DNA of 64,000 nucleotides, taken from positions 17,548 to 81,547 of the forward strand of contig JAGWWT010000001.1 in assembly GCA_018970245.1 (NCBI GenBank). The letters run 5' to 3'. The DNA comes from Patescibacteria group bacterium. Lineage in GTDB: Bacteria > Patescibacteriota > Minisyncoccia > Phycocordibacterales > PALSA-1337. Under the pieces are notes generated by a model that was not told the origin of the DNA, searched no databases, and saw only the letters and a list, made by a program, of their open reading frames with translations. Shown in pieces: positions 18,762-27,131 of this stretch (within the stretch, counting starts at the first letter, position 1; each line of letters opens with the position of its first letter). The translations under genes and the position numbers were made by a program.

Positions 18762-19339
18762 ATAAATCCATGACATCGTCAAAATCAAATCTGCCGAAGC
18801 TATTGGCTATAGCTGTGGCTCTGCTCCTTATTTCTGCGCCTCTGAATTTCGTCCTGGCTCAGCAAGGTGCTGGCGGAACAGTCTCAGGAACTCCTGGTTC
18901 AGGGGCCGGAGGAACGGTCTCTGGAACTCCTGGTTCAGGTGTAGGCGGCACAGTGTCCGGAAATCCAGGATCTGCTGCCGGTGGCACTGTCAATCCCAAG
19001 GCAACCAGTCAACCCACCTTCACGCTCGTCAATCCGCTGCAAGTCAATTCCATCGGCGGTCTGATCGAGACTTTCGTCGAGATATTCAGCTACATAGCTA
19101 TCCTGATCGCCGTCCTCATGCTCATATGGGTCGGCTTCCAGTACATCACCGCTGCGGCGCAGGGCAATTCCGAGAAGATAAAAAGCCTGCACTCATACCT
19201 TCTGTGGATAGTGGTGGGCGTTGCCATCGTCATCGGCGCGCGCGTCATCGTCCAGATAACCATAAACACCCTATCGGCGACGCATACGGTGAACCAGAAC
19301 GTCATCCAGAGCGCCAATAACGCCCTGCAGGGCAATTGA
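18758..19339 (+). CDS. Small two-TM membrane protein, paralog 2 of 6
   Basis: 193 aa with a signal peptide and three GGTVSGTPGSG repeats, then a TM pair (VLMLIWVGFQYI ... LLWIVVGVAIV). ATGA overlap with paralog 1. Confidence 0.55.
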   Translation: MNKSMTSSKSNLPKLLAIAVALLLISAPLNFVLAQQGAGGTVSGTPGSGAGGTVSGTPGSGVGGTVSGNPGSAAGGTVNPKATSQPTFTLVNPLQVNSIGGLIETFVEIFSYIAILIAVLMLIWVGFQYITAAAQGNSEKIKSLHSYLLWIVVGVAIVIGARVIVQITINTLSATHTVNQNVIQSANNALQGN

Positions 19340-19346
19340 TCGTCAT

Positions 19347-19355
19347 GATATAATA
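19347..19355 (+). promoter_or_regulatory. Extended -10 TGATATAAT, 5 nt before a leaderless ATG at 19361
   Basis: Exact TGnTATAAT consensus. Confidence 0.4.
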
Positions 19356-19360
19356 GATCC

Positions 19361-19657
19361 ATGGGACAGCAGACCTTGCAAGACGTGATCGGGCTAGTAG
19401 CCGGGTATCTCAATATGATCCTCGAGCTGTTGATGGGCCTGGCCGTAGTCGTCTTCGTCTGGTACGTCATAAAATATTTCATCCTCAAGCCGGACACAAA
19501 GCGGTCCGAAGCCGCCCAATATGTCATGTGGAGCGTCATCGGCTTCTTCGTCATACTGTCCGTATGGGGGATAGTGAACATCATGACAGCGACATTCAAT
19601 CTTGGCAGCAACAGCCCTGCATCCTGGTCAGGCGTCCAGGGGCTTTTCCCAAGATGA
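19361..19657 (+). CDS. Small two-TM membrane protein, paralog 3 of 6
   Basis: 98 aa: VVFVWYVIKYFIL ... VILSVWGIVNIM. Confidence 0.6.
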   Translation: MGQQTLQDVIGLVAGYLNMILELLMGLAVVVFVWYVIKYFILKPDTKRSEAAQYVMWSVIGFFVILSVWGIVNIMTATFNLGSNSPASWSGVQGLFPR

Positions 19658-19668
19658 TATAAACGGAC

Positions 19669-20088
19669 ATGTCTTTCCCATTTTTTCCAAATTTCGGAGG
19701 AGGTTCGTCATTCGGTTCGTCATTCGGCGGCGGTGCTGGCTACGGGCCAGGCGGCTATGGCGGCAGCCAGCTCGCTCCCGTTTATGACGCCAATTCGCTG
19801 GCGGTGAGGCTGGCGAGCATCGGAGACGTGGTCATCTATCTCTTGGTCGCTCTCGCCGTCGTCTATATCGTCTGGACCGTCTTCCAGTATTTCGTCAAAG
19901 GCAAAGAAGGCGATGAGAACAGGAAGGAGGCGGGTATGAGGATATTCTGGGCCATTCTAGGCCTGTTCATAATCGTCTCGCTCTGGGGATTGGTCAATAT
20001 CCTCGTAAATACGTTCTGGACTGGGTATAACCAAGCGCCTGCCCAGCAATTCCCGAACGCCAATTTCGTCAGCGGCCCGCAATACTAA
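19669..20088 (+). CDS. Small two-TM membrane protein, paralog 4 of 6
   Basis: 139 aa with a Gly/Ser-rich N-terminus, then VVYIVWTVFQYFVK ... IIVSLWGLVNIL. Confidence 0.6.
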   Translation: MSFPFFPNFGGGSSFGSSFGGGAGYGPGGYGGSQLAPVYDANSLAVRLASIGDVVIYLLVALAVVYIVWTVFQYFVKGKEGDENRKEAGMRIFWAILGLFIIVSLWGLVNILVNTFWTGYNQAPAQQFPNANFVSGPQY

Positions 20089-20173
20089 GCCGAGCAATCC
20101 ACAGCCCGGCTGTATAGACTGGCGTTTTCAGGCTATAATTGGCGCAAGCTTTATAAGATCGATCATAAATCAC

Positions 20174-20563
20174 ATGAAAAAAATCATCTCGCTTTTAGCG
20201 GTGCTCGCCCCGTCCGTAGCCTTGGCTCAGACTGCACCAGTGACTGACGTCAACTCTCTGAGCTCGAAGATCATCGGCATAGGCAACGTAGTCACCTACA
20301 TCCTGGTCGCTTTCGCGGTCATCTACATCGTCTGGATGGTCATCCAGGCCATCTTGAAGTCTGGCTCGGAAGACGCAAGCAAATACCGCATGAATGTCAT
20401 CTGGGGCATCGTCGGCCTATTCATCATCGTCTCCATCTGGGGCTTGGTGAACATCGTGGCCAATACCTTCAGGACGACGCCGACCACTCAGTCCATCCCT
20501 AACTTCGGACAGAATACTCAGAACGGAGGCATCCCGGCCAACCAGATCCCGCAGGTTCAGTAG
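20174..20563 (+). CDS. Small two-TM membrane protein, paralog 5 of 6
   Basis: 129 aa with a signal peptide, then VIYIVWMVIQAILK ... IIVSIWGLVNIV. Confidence 0.6.
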   Translation: MKKIISLLAVLAPSVALAQTAPVTDVNSLSSKIIGIGNVVTYILVAFAVIYIVWMVIQAILKSGSEDASKYRMNVIWGIVGLFIIVSIWGLVNIVANTFRTTPTTQSIPNFGQNTQNGGIPANQIPQVQ

Positions 20564-20586
20564 GCCTGTCCGCGCGATCATCGCCG

Positions 20587-20880
20587 ATGAACTTCTCAGC
20601 TCTCATACCTGAGGCATACGCCAGCGTCGACATGACAGCTTTCGGCAACGTCGTCGATCCGATCATCACCAACGTCGTCTATCCGGTCCTCGAGCTACTG
20701 TTCGGACTGGCGATCTTGATCTTCGTCTGGGGAGTCCTCCAGCTGGTCTTAGGTGGGGATGACGAGGAAAAGAGGGAACGTGGCAAGAGCACCATCAAGT
20801 GGGGAACTGTCGGGCTCTTCATAATGGTCTCGGCCTGGGGCATCATCTATCTCGTATCGAATACGGTCAAAACGCTGTAA
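20587..20880 (+). CDS. Small two-TM membrane protein, paralog 6 of 6
   Basis: 97 aa: ILIFVWGVLQLVLG ... IMVSAWGIIYLV. Confidence 0.55.
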   Translation: MNFSALIPEAYASVDMTAFGNVVDPIITNVVYPVLELLFGLAILIFVWGVLQLVLGGDDEEKRERGKSTIKWGTVGLFIMVSAWGIIYLVSNTVKTL

Positions 20881-20936
20881 GAACGCCAGTAAATCCGCCG
20901 CGATGCGCCGACGCGCGCGGCCCATATAAAAGAAAG

Positions 20937-20980
20937 CAAGCCGCATAGGATTTCTCCCTTGCGGCTTGTCTGATTTTCTC
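20937..20980 (+). terminator. Rho-independent terminator (bidirectional)
   Basis: CAAGCCGCAtaggatttctcccTTGCGGCTTG followed by TCTGATTTTCTC, with an A-rich stretch on the other side. Confidence 0.55.
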
Positions 20981-20982
20981 TG

Positions 20983-21447
20983 TCAAGAACTAGGTTGTTC
21001 GAAGTGGAACACGAATGGGCAGCTTTGGACTGCCTGTCCGGGGGTGACTCTGTAGTCGATCCCCGTGAGCTCCGTGTTCCCTGATCTGCTCTGGAAGTGG
21101 ATGAATACAGGCCTGAGCGCGTCTACAGGCTGCATATCCCTCACTTCGCAGATGCCGTTGCTGTAGCGTGCCCGGACTTGCCACCGGACACCTCTGCCTG
21201 CGTTGACGTTCGGGTTGCCCCATATATTCAGACGCAAGTTTAGCTCGTTCGGATCATACCAGACAGTCCCGACGGTTACCGTTTTGATCGAGGGAACCAT
21301 GGTCGACGCGACCGACGCCGCTGCAGCGGGGCTAGATGCTTTCGCATTAGCTATCGCCGCCGATGCGTGGAGGATCACCCCCACGATGACGATTATTCCA
21401 AAACCGACTCCCGCGACCCACAACAATCTTTTCTGCGTTGCTGTCAT
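20983..21447 (-). CDS. Hypothetical membrane-anchored exported protein
   Basis: Start at MTATQKRLLWVAGVGFGIIVIV; AAGAAGGGATAGAG precedes the ATG. Confidence 0.45.
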   Translation of the reverse strand: MTATQKRLLWVAGVGFGIIVIVGVILHASAAIANAKASSPAAAASVASTMVPSIKTVTVGTVWYDPNELNLRLNIWGNPNVNAGRGVRWQVRARYSNGICEVRDMQPVDALRPVFIHFQSRSGNTELTGIDYRVTPGQAVQSCPFVFHFEQPSS

Positions 21448-21463
21448 AATCTCTATCCCTTCT

Positions 21464-22438
21464 TTAAGATTTTTTTTGTTGATTTCCGCCTCCGCCGACA
21501 TTCACGTTGGCATTGGGGAATACTACTGTTCCGACTCGTGACTGGCCTCCGGTCAGGATCTCAAAACGGTTGTCTTTGCCGTCGCGGATCCGTCGAAGGG
21601 TATTGACCCTGTCCAAGGATTCATCCATTGAGAGGATCTCGCCCCTAGCTTCAGCCGCTGCTTTCAGCTCTTTCGCAGCTTCCAGGTCGGATCGATACTC
21701 GATGATCCTAGCCTCTTTCTGCGTATAGCTGTCGAGGACATCGTCTGGCAAGGAGAACGTGAGCTGGACTCGGTCGATCTCTATACCGAATGTCCTCTCT
21801 TTGAAAAGGTCAGCCCGCAACTTGCGGGTGCCATCGTTCTTCTCGGAGATCGCGTCTTCGACGCAATCTGACAGCTCCTGGCTTCGCTGCATTATGGAGT
21901 TGGCCATCCGAGTCCGAGTGAAGCGGCGAGCGACATTGTCGACTACGCCCTCCATCTCTTCCTGGATGTATTTCCAGCGAGTCGTGTGATCTTTTCCGTT
22001 GCTGACATATATGTCAGTTTCGTTCCTGTCCACACGAGCTCTGATACGCACCCTCCCTTCTAGAGGGATCTTGTCTTTCGACAGGATGGTCACCGGGAAT
22101 TCCATCTCTACCCAGGTGTATTCGATGCTGATGCTCGAGATCCATATGAGAGGCCAATTGCACAGGAAGACGGTGCCGTTCACCGTCGGCGTTTTCCCGC
22201 GTGATTTGTAGATCCTGTCTCTCACCGTGATCGCGCCTATGGTAGGTGGATCAGCGGGGAAGGTTTTGTACCCTGTGACCAGAATCGTCAAGCCGAGCGC
22301 TATCATAGCCAGGCCGACGATGAGATGTATCCAGCTCGGGCCCAAGAATACGAACACCAGGCCCAAGGAGATCAGGAATAGGATGGCCAGCATTATCATA
22401 CCGGTCACCAAATTGCTGAATATTCCAGAATCTTTCAT
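21464..22438 (-). CDS. SPFH/Band-7 (stomatin/prohibitin-like) domain membrane protein
   Basis: 324 aa with two N-terminal TM helices, then a Band-7-like domain with a coiled-coil tail. Confidence 0.6.
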   Translation of the reverse strand: MKDSGIFSNLVTGMIMLAILFLISLGLVFVFLGPSWIHLIVGLAMIALGLTILVTGYKTFPADPPTIGAITVRDRIYKSRGKTPTVNGTVFLCNWPLIWISSISIEYTWVEMEFPVTILSKDKIPLEGRVRIRARVDRNETDIYVSNGKDHTTRWKYIQEEMEGVVDNVARRFTRTRMANSIMQRSQELSDCVEDAISEKNDGTRKLRADLFKERTFGIEIDRVQLTFSLPDDVLDSYTQKEARIIEYRSDLEAAKELKAAAEARGEILSMDESLDRVNTLRRIRDGKDNRFEILTGGQSRVGTVVFPNANVNVGGGGNQQKKS

Positions 22439-22527
22439 TTTATCCTTTTGTTGGGATGCCCCGTTCAGGGCGTCGGTTTATTGTTGAAATTGACAACGTG
22501 CAATCATTCGAATCCACGTCTACATTA

Positions 22528-22556
22528 ATTATAGCACAATACACAGTAACGGTCAA
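22528..22556 (-). promoter_or_regulatory. Sigma70-type promoter TTGACC-N16-TATAAT (minus strand) for the SPFH gene
   Basis: Reverse complement is ctaTTGACCgttactgtgtattgtgcTATAATtaa. It is nearly identical to the promoter at 23790-23817. Confidence 0.45.
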
Positions 22557-22579
22557 TAGTCATAATATGGCTATAAGCA

Positions 22580-22625
22580 TGGAAAAGAAAGGGTCCCGAC
22601 CGACTCATTCGAGCCGATCGGGACC
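22580..22625 (-). terminator. Terminator after the Pro/Ala-rich protein gene
   Basis: GGTCCCGAccgactcattcgagccgaTCGGGACC, an 8-bp stem followed on the minus strand by a CTTTCTTTTCC tract. Confidence 0.45.
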
Positions 22626-22639
22626 TTGAAGTTACAGAG

Positions 22640-23671
22640 CTAACGACGGTGGTAACGACCGCAGCCGTACCCGTACCTGTGTCCGATACAGGAACCATAC
22701 GGGTTAGCGCGACAGTAGCCACGGTTGCCATATCCGTAGCCATAGCCGTAACATGGACCACCTACACAGACGCTCACGCCAGCGTACCCTGGATAGAAGC
22801 TGCCACTATATCCAGGATAATACGTCGGTGCCTGGACGTAAGTCGGCGGCGGAACGAGGGGCGGCGTGACTACTTGTGGCGGTGCTGCTGGTGGCGGTGC
22901 GACCGTTACGGGCGGGGCAGTTGGAACTGTCGCCTGCGGCGGCGCGACCGTATTCGTCAGCACCGATTGAGACGGCGCATAGATCGGCGGCGGCGGGATC
23001 ATGACTGCCGGCGGCGCGACCGTCTTGTTCGTTGACCCGAAGTTGTTGATGATCAACGGACTGTTGATCACGTTCGAGCCTACGATCGTCACCGACTGGT
23101 TGACGCTCAGGCCACCGACGTTGACGCCGGAATCCTGAACCAACCCGCTCGGCACCTCGACCTCTTCGGTCGGAGTGGGCATCGTGGTCTTCACATGCTC
23201 CGGTCCGGAAGTCACCTTCACAGAGCGATTCAGCGAAGCCGTGCCGCTCGCTTTCCGCGCCGCTAGCGTGACAGAAGCATAAATGCCCCAACCGATCAAC
23301 CCGACGACGACTAGCGCCAGAAGAACCATCGCTGCCTTCTCGTAGTCCTTCAAACCAGTCTTCGTGGGCACGGAAGTGGCCGACGTCGTCGCTGCCGTAG
23401 ACGACCGACCGCCGGCTCGCGTCGTTACGCGAGTAGTACGGGTAGTCGTTTTCGTCACAGCGGGAGCCGGTTTCGCGGCCTTAGCCGCTGGAGCCGGTTT
23501 TGTGGCCTTAGCGGCGGCCGGAGCCGCCTTAGGCTTTGCCGCTTTCGGAGCGGCTGCCGGTGCCGGCTTCGAAGCCGGAGCTGTACCGCCAGCGGCTGGC
23601 GCCGGAGGCGGGGGGAGTGCTGCTGTCGGGGGAGGCGTGAAACCGCCTGCCGCTGCATTTTTCTTTGCCAT
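22640..23671 (-). CDS. Pro/Ala-rich membrane protein with a Gly-Tyr-Cys-rich C-terminus
   Basis: Start MAKKNAAAGG, preceded by AAGAAAGAGGAAAACT. One TM helix, long PPxAP repeats, C-terminal GYGYGYGNRGYC...GCGRYHRR. Confidence 0.55.
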   Translation of the reverse strand: MAKKNAAAGGFTPPPTAALPPPPAPAAGGTAPASKPAPAAAPKAAKPKAAPAAAKATKPAPAAKAAKPAPAVTKTTTRTTRVTTRAGGRSSTAATTSATSVPTKTGLKDYEKAAMVLLALVVVGLIGWGIYASVTLAARKASGTASLNRSVKVTSGPEHVKTTMPTPTEEVEVPSGLVQDSGVNVGGLSVNQSVTIVGSNVINSPLIINNFGSTNKTVAPPAVMIPPPPIYAPSQSVLTNTVAPPQATVPTAPPVTVAPPPAAPPQVVTPPLVPPPTYVQAPTYYPGYSGSFYPGYAGVSVCVGGPCYGYGYGYGNRGYCRANPYGSCIGHRYGYGCGRYHRR

Positions 23672-23789
23672 AGTTTTCCTCTTTCTTGTTGCGGTTTGTC
23701 TATTTGTTGCGGTTTCAGGCACAAGCCCTAACCATGTTTATTTTCAAATTCCTGACTGGCATATTACAACAGATTGTCAGTCCAGGGCC

Positions 23790-23817
23790 ATTATAGCACA
23801 ATTACGTTAATTGTCAA
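23790..23817 (-). promoter_or_regulatory. Consensus promoter TTGACA-N16-TATAAT (minus strand)
   Basis: Reverse complement: ctaTTGACAattaacgtaattgtgcTATAATggcc. Confidence 0.5.
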
Positions 23818-23825
23818 TAGATAAC

Positions 23826-23853
23826 TTGACATGGAGCTTGAAAATGCTATAAT
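23826..23853 (+). promoter_or_regulatory. Consensus promoter TTGACA-N16-TATAAT (plus strand), divergent from the previous one
   Basis: cTTGACAtggagcttgaaaatgcTATAATtgg, about 95 nt upstream of the ATG at 23952. Confidence 0.5.
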
Positions 23854-23951
23854 TGGCGCCGGCTAGATGTTCTTCAAAATGTGAATAAGAACGGAAGGCT
23901 ATCGGCACTCTAACTAGGGTTTACAGACCCACAAAAACAGAAAGGCTATCA

Positions 23952-25544
23952 ATGAAAGCAAAGGAAAGCAGGTCCGCGGAAGGAACGGCAGCGGCGATCG
24001 GCACGGTGGTCATCAGCAAAGTCTTAAGGTTCCTGATCCATATGCGCCCGCATCTGGACGAGATCCTAGGTCGCCTGTTGGTCGTCCTTTACGGGAAGCG
24101 ACAGTTCGTGGACGCTGAGCACGCTCAGGTGCTGTTCGTGGAAGGCGATCCTGCCGGAAATGACGCGACATTTGATCGCGACGGCGACATCCCGATCGGC
24201 ATCTCCAACTCTCGTTTCAACGAGCATGTAGGTCCTGAAGGTCGTATGGAAGAAGAATGTGCCTCGACGCTAGTCGCCAAATTTCTTCATGTCGAAGAGA
24301 ATGAGGAGCTCACGGATCTTCTGGCGAGCACCCTTTTCTACGACACGCATGGCGAATGCCCGAACACTCACATCGCCGAGATGATCAAGGCTGCGACCCG
24401 AGTCGATCCTGACTCCAGCCTCAAGATCATGAATCGCGCTACCACGATGCTGGAAGCGATGATCGTCCGCAAGAAATACGGCATCGCAGCCATATCCGGC
24501 GAAATGACATTGGCCGAGATATTCAAGGCCTGGAAGGACAAGCAGTCCGACGAGATCGCGGCTAATCCGGATGCCTTTGCGCACCTGGAGCGGTCGATCG
24601 AAAAGAGCATGGCGCGGTCCGAAGAGGTCTGCGAGCTCTCCTACATCGTGACGAGCTTGTTCAGGCGCCAGTTCTACACAGACGACCAGATCCTCGATAT
24701 GATCTTCGAGACCCTGGATGATATGTGGTATGACCAGCGGCGATTCTGGGCGAAGCTAGAGGAGATCAGGGAGGAGGACCGGTTCATACCGATCCAAGCC
24801 CTTCTGAAGTCCGGATTCGGCGGCGATGAAAAGGAAGCGACGCTGAAGCTGTACGCATGCTATGACGATGACATGCTGACCCAAAAGGCAGCCCGCTTCG
24901 CTGGCGCTGATATCGTCGTGCAGGTATCATCGTCATATAACGTGCAGATCTTCACCAAGAGCAGGCCTGGCTTGAGCCTGGCCAATCCGGTGAAAATGAT
25001 CCGTTGGATGGAGCTGCCATTCGAGCTGAGGGATAAGGTGAGCTGGCAAGAGCTCTCTATGCCCGGGACTATCAGAGGCGTCGAGCACTGGTATTACTTC
25101 CGCAAGGGGCAGATGTTCTTCAATGGCAGCCTGACCAAGAGGGCTCGGCCAGCTCTGGGTCCGGGACGCATGTCGCTTCAGGCGATCGTCGAGGTCTGTC
25201 AGCATGCATTCCACCCAGACGGAGTCAGGCTCTGGTGCCGGAAGCGGGGTATCGCCATGAACGGCAAGCCTCGCTGGAACAGGCTGATCGCCAAGCCGCG
25301 CAACGGCCGCGATCAGAGGCCTGTAAAGCACGCAGAACAACCGGCTGCCGCATCGAAAGGCGCGGTCCAAGCAGGCGATGACATGCAGAGCGCGTTCGCC
25401 AAGGCCGAAAAAGCCATAGAAGAAGCCAAAAAGCCCATTGTCAGCTCAAAAAGCGTGACGAAGCGGGCCGCTTCTTCCAAAAAGCCGAAAAGCAAAACCG
25501 GGCGTAAGCCGAGCAAAAAAGCGGCAGAAGCCCAAAAAAGCTGA
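23952..25544 (+). CDS. Hypothetical large protein with a Lys-rich, histone-H1-like C-terminal tail
   Basis: 530 aa with no recognisable catalytic motifs. The last ~60 aa are KKPIVSSKSVTKRAASSKKPKSKTGRKPSKK. The true start may be internal. Confidence 0.45.
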   Translation: MKAKESRSAEGTAAAIGTVVISKVLRFLIHMRPHLDEILGRLLVVLYGKRQFVDAEHAQVLFVEGDPAGNDATFDRDGDIPIGISNSRFNEHVGPEGRMEEECASTLVAKFLHVEENEELTDLLASTLFYDTHGECPNTHIAEMIKAATRVDPDSSLKIMNRATTMLEAMIVRKKYGIAAISGEMTLAEIFKAWKDKQSDEIAANPDAFAHLERSIEKSMARSEEVCELSYIVTSLFRRQFYTDDQILDMIFETLDDMWYDQRRFWAKLEEIREEDRFIPIQALLKSGFGGDEKEATLKLYACYDDDMLTQKAARFAGADIVVQVSSSYNVQIFTKSRPGLSLANPVKMIRWMELPFELRDKVSWQELSMPGTIRGVEHWYYFRKGQMFFNGSLTKRARPALGPGRMSLQAIVEVCQHAFHPDGVRLWCRKRGIAMNGKPRWNRLIAKPRNGRDQRPVKHAEQPAAASKGAVQAGDDMQSAFAKAEKAIEEAKKPIVSSKSVTKRAASSKKPKSKTGRKPSKKAAEAQKS

Positions 25545-25564
25545 ATAAGCTCTTATTCACAAAA

Positions 25565-25596
25565 GGGTCTCCTGAAAAGGAGGCCTTTTTCTTTTG
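25565..25596 (+). terminator. Rho-independent terminator
   Basis: GGGTCTCCtgaaaAGGAGGCC followed by TTTTTCTTTT. Confidence 0.5.
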
Positions 25597-25633
25597 AAGG
25601 AAGATGACTATCTTATTCTCAGTTGTGGAGGAT

Positions 25634-25666
25634 CAAATAAAATAGCCGTCCAATAGAGTGGACGGC
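25634..25666 (-). terminator. Rho-independent terminator (minus strand)
   Basis: GCCGTCCAatagagTGGACGGC followed on the minus strand by TATTTTATTTGAT. Confidence 0.5.
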
Positions 25667-25684
25667 GTCGCTGATTTCTCGGAT

Positions 25685-26668
25685 TCATTTTAGGGATTTG
25701 GTCCCGTTCCGGACCTTTCTTTTGGAGACGGGCAGAATTTTCCTTTTCGTCGTTATCGCGTCGGATTGACCGCTTCTATTCCGGACAGCGCCTCGACGAA
25801 AGGTTTTACGGCCATTGCTCCTTGCCGACGCTACGAGATGCTGGGCTTTGAGGAAGTCGAGATCTTTAAGCGGCCCAGACATGGCTTCGCGTAGCTCGAT
25901 CAGGCATGCCCTCGTGCTGTCATGGAATGACTGGCGGAGCTCGTCGAGCTCTCGCGATGCGCGCTCTTGGATTTCCGCGATCGTACGCTCGGCGTCATGC
26001 TCCTTGTCGGAAAGGCGGTCGGATGCCTCTCCAAGCTTCGCTCGATAGGCGGCGATCATAGCCTCGATGCTCTCGGAATGAGACCGTATCGAGGACATCA
26101 GGCTGCCGGCCTTCGAGACGGATTCTTGCAAGAATGCGAGCTGGCGGGCGATCCTGGCCTCGCAGTCTTCCGCCGAGCGCGCGGCGAGAGCGATCTTGTC
26201 CAATCTCTCCGACTGAGCCGTGATCGCCTTGTCGGTGTCCCGGACTCTGTCGCCGAGCTTCTCCACCAGCTCGAGCGCGGACTCGAATCTGCGGAGATTG
26301 GCGTTCCTAGCCTGCTCCTCAGAGAGGCAGAACGTCGCGGAGCGCCTCTTCGTGTCGTCCACGAACTCGCCGTGGACAGGGGAGCATGACAGCCGGTAAT
26401 TTCCAGCCGCGAAGATCGCGCCGGGCCGGTATCTGAGGATGAAAAGGGAGATCTCGATGAAATCCCCGACAGGCGCGCGTCTGACTTTCTGGAGCGGCGC
26501 GACCGTCTCAGATGTGTCCACCCTGACGATGGAGATGTTATGCCATTCGCTGCCGTTCTTTCCCATCTTCAAGGAAAGATGATCGGCGTCGACCTCCATA
26601 GGGATCAGCCGGCCGTTGTTGTGAGGCTTATCATAAGAGATCATAGGTCCTCCGTTTTGCGGTTCCAT
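25685..26668 (-). CDS. Hypothetical protein with an N-terminal globular domain and long coiled coil
   Basis: 327-aa ORF with a coherent codon pattern. The C-terminal two-thirds are heptad-rich. Confidence 0.4.
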   Translation of the reverse strand: MEPQNGGPMISYDKPHNNGRLIPMEVDADHLSLKMGKNGSEWHNISIVRVDTSETVAPLQKVRRAPVGDFIEISLFILRYRPGAIFAAGNYRLSCSPVHGEFVDDTKRRSATFCLSEEQARNANLRRFESALELVEKLGDRVRDTDKAITAQSERLDKIALAARSAEDCEARIARQLAFLQESVSKAGSLMSSIRSHSESIEAMIAAYRAKLGEASDRLSDKEHDAERTIAEIQERASRELDELRQSFHDSTRACLIELREAMSGPLKDLDFLKAQHLVASARSNGRKTFRRGAVRNRSGQSDAITTKRKILPVSKRKVRNGTKSLK

Positions 26669-26803
26669 TCGACTCTATTCGATTTTCATTGTGAGCGGAC
26701 CGAGAACGGTCCTATTCCAGGCCGATTCTGCCATAAAAAGCGCTATAAAGTCAACTGACGCCGGTGATGCTAGTCTGATGCTGGCTTGAGCCGATCTTTC
26801 TGT

Positions 26804-26885
26804 GCCGGGGAGAGGAATCGAACCTCCATGGATTGCTCCACATGCTCCTAAGGCATGCGCGTCTAGCCAATTTCGCCACCCCGGC
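26804..26885 (-). tRNA. tRNA-Leu (anticodon TAG)
   Basis: Reverse complement GCCGGGGTGGCGAAATTGGCTAGACGCGCATGCCTTAGGAGCATGTGGAGCAATCCATGGAGGTTCGATTCCTCTCCCCGGCA. Cloverleaf with a long variable arm, TAG in the anticodon loop, GTTCGATTC T-loop. Confidence 0.8.
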
Positions 26886-26971
26886 GAATCAATCAAAAGT
26901 CCGTAAAGCCTTAAAGTCCGTAATGAAGACATTATGGGCTTTATGGGCTTTTTGACTTTTGACTATCATTG

Positions 26972-27044
26972 TCCGCCCAGTTGGATTCGAACCAACGACC
27001 AATCGCTTAAGAGGCGAGTGCTCTACCAGCTGAGCTATGGGCGG
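26972..27044 (-). tRNA. tRNA-Lys (anticodon CTT)
   Basis: Reverse complement CCGCCCATAGCTCAGCTGGTAGAGCACTCGCCTCTTAAGCGATTGGTCGTTGGTTCGAATCCAACTGGGCGGA. D-arm GCTCAGCTGGTAGAGC, anticodon loop CTCTTAA, T-loop GGTTCGAATCC. Confidence 0.8.
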
Positions 27045-27096
27045 AAGCGACGAGCGCACAAAAATATAACAGAAAAAAGTTATCTAGACAAATAGG

Positions 27097-27122
27097 TTGC
27101 ACGATATAGAAAAATATGTAAT
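27097..27122 (+). promoter_or_regulatory. Candidate promoter TTGCAC-N16-TAATAT for rpmF
   Basis: -10 ends about 9 nt before the ATG at 27132. Confidence 0.3.
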
Positions 27123-27131
27123 ATTATCGCC

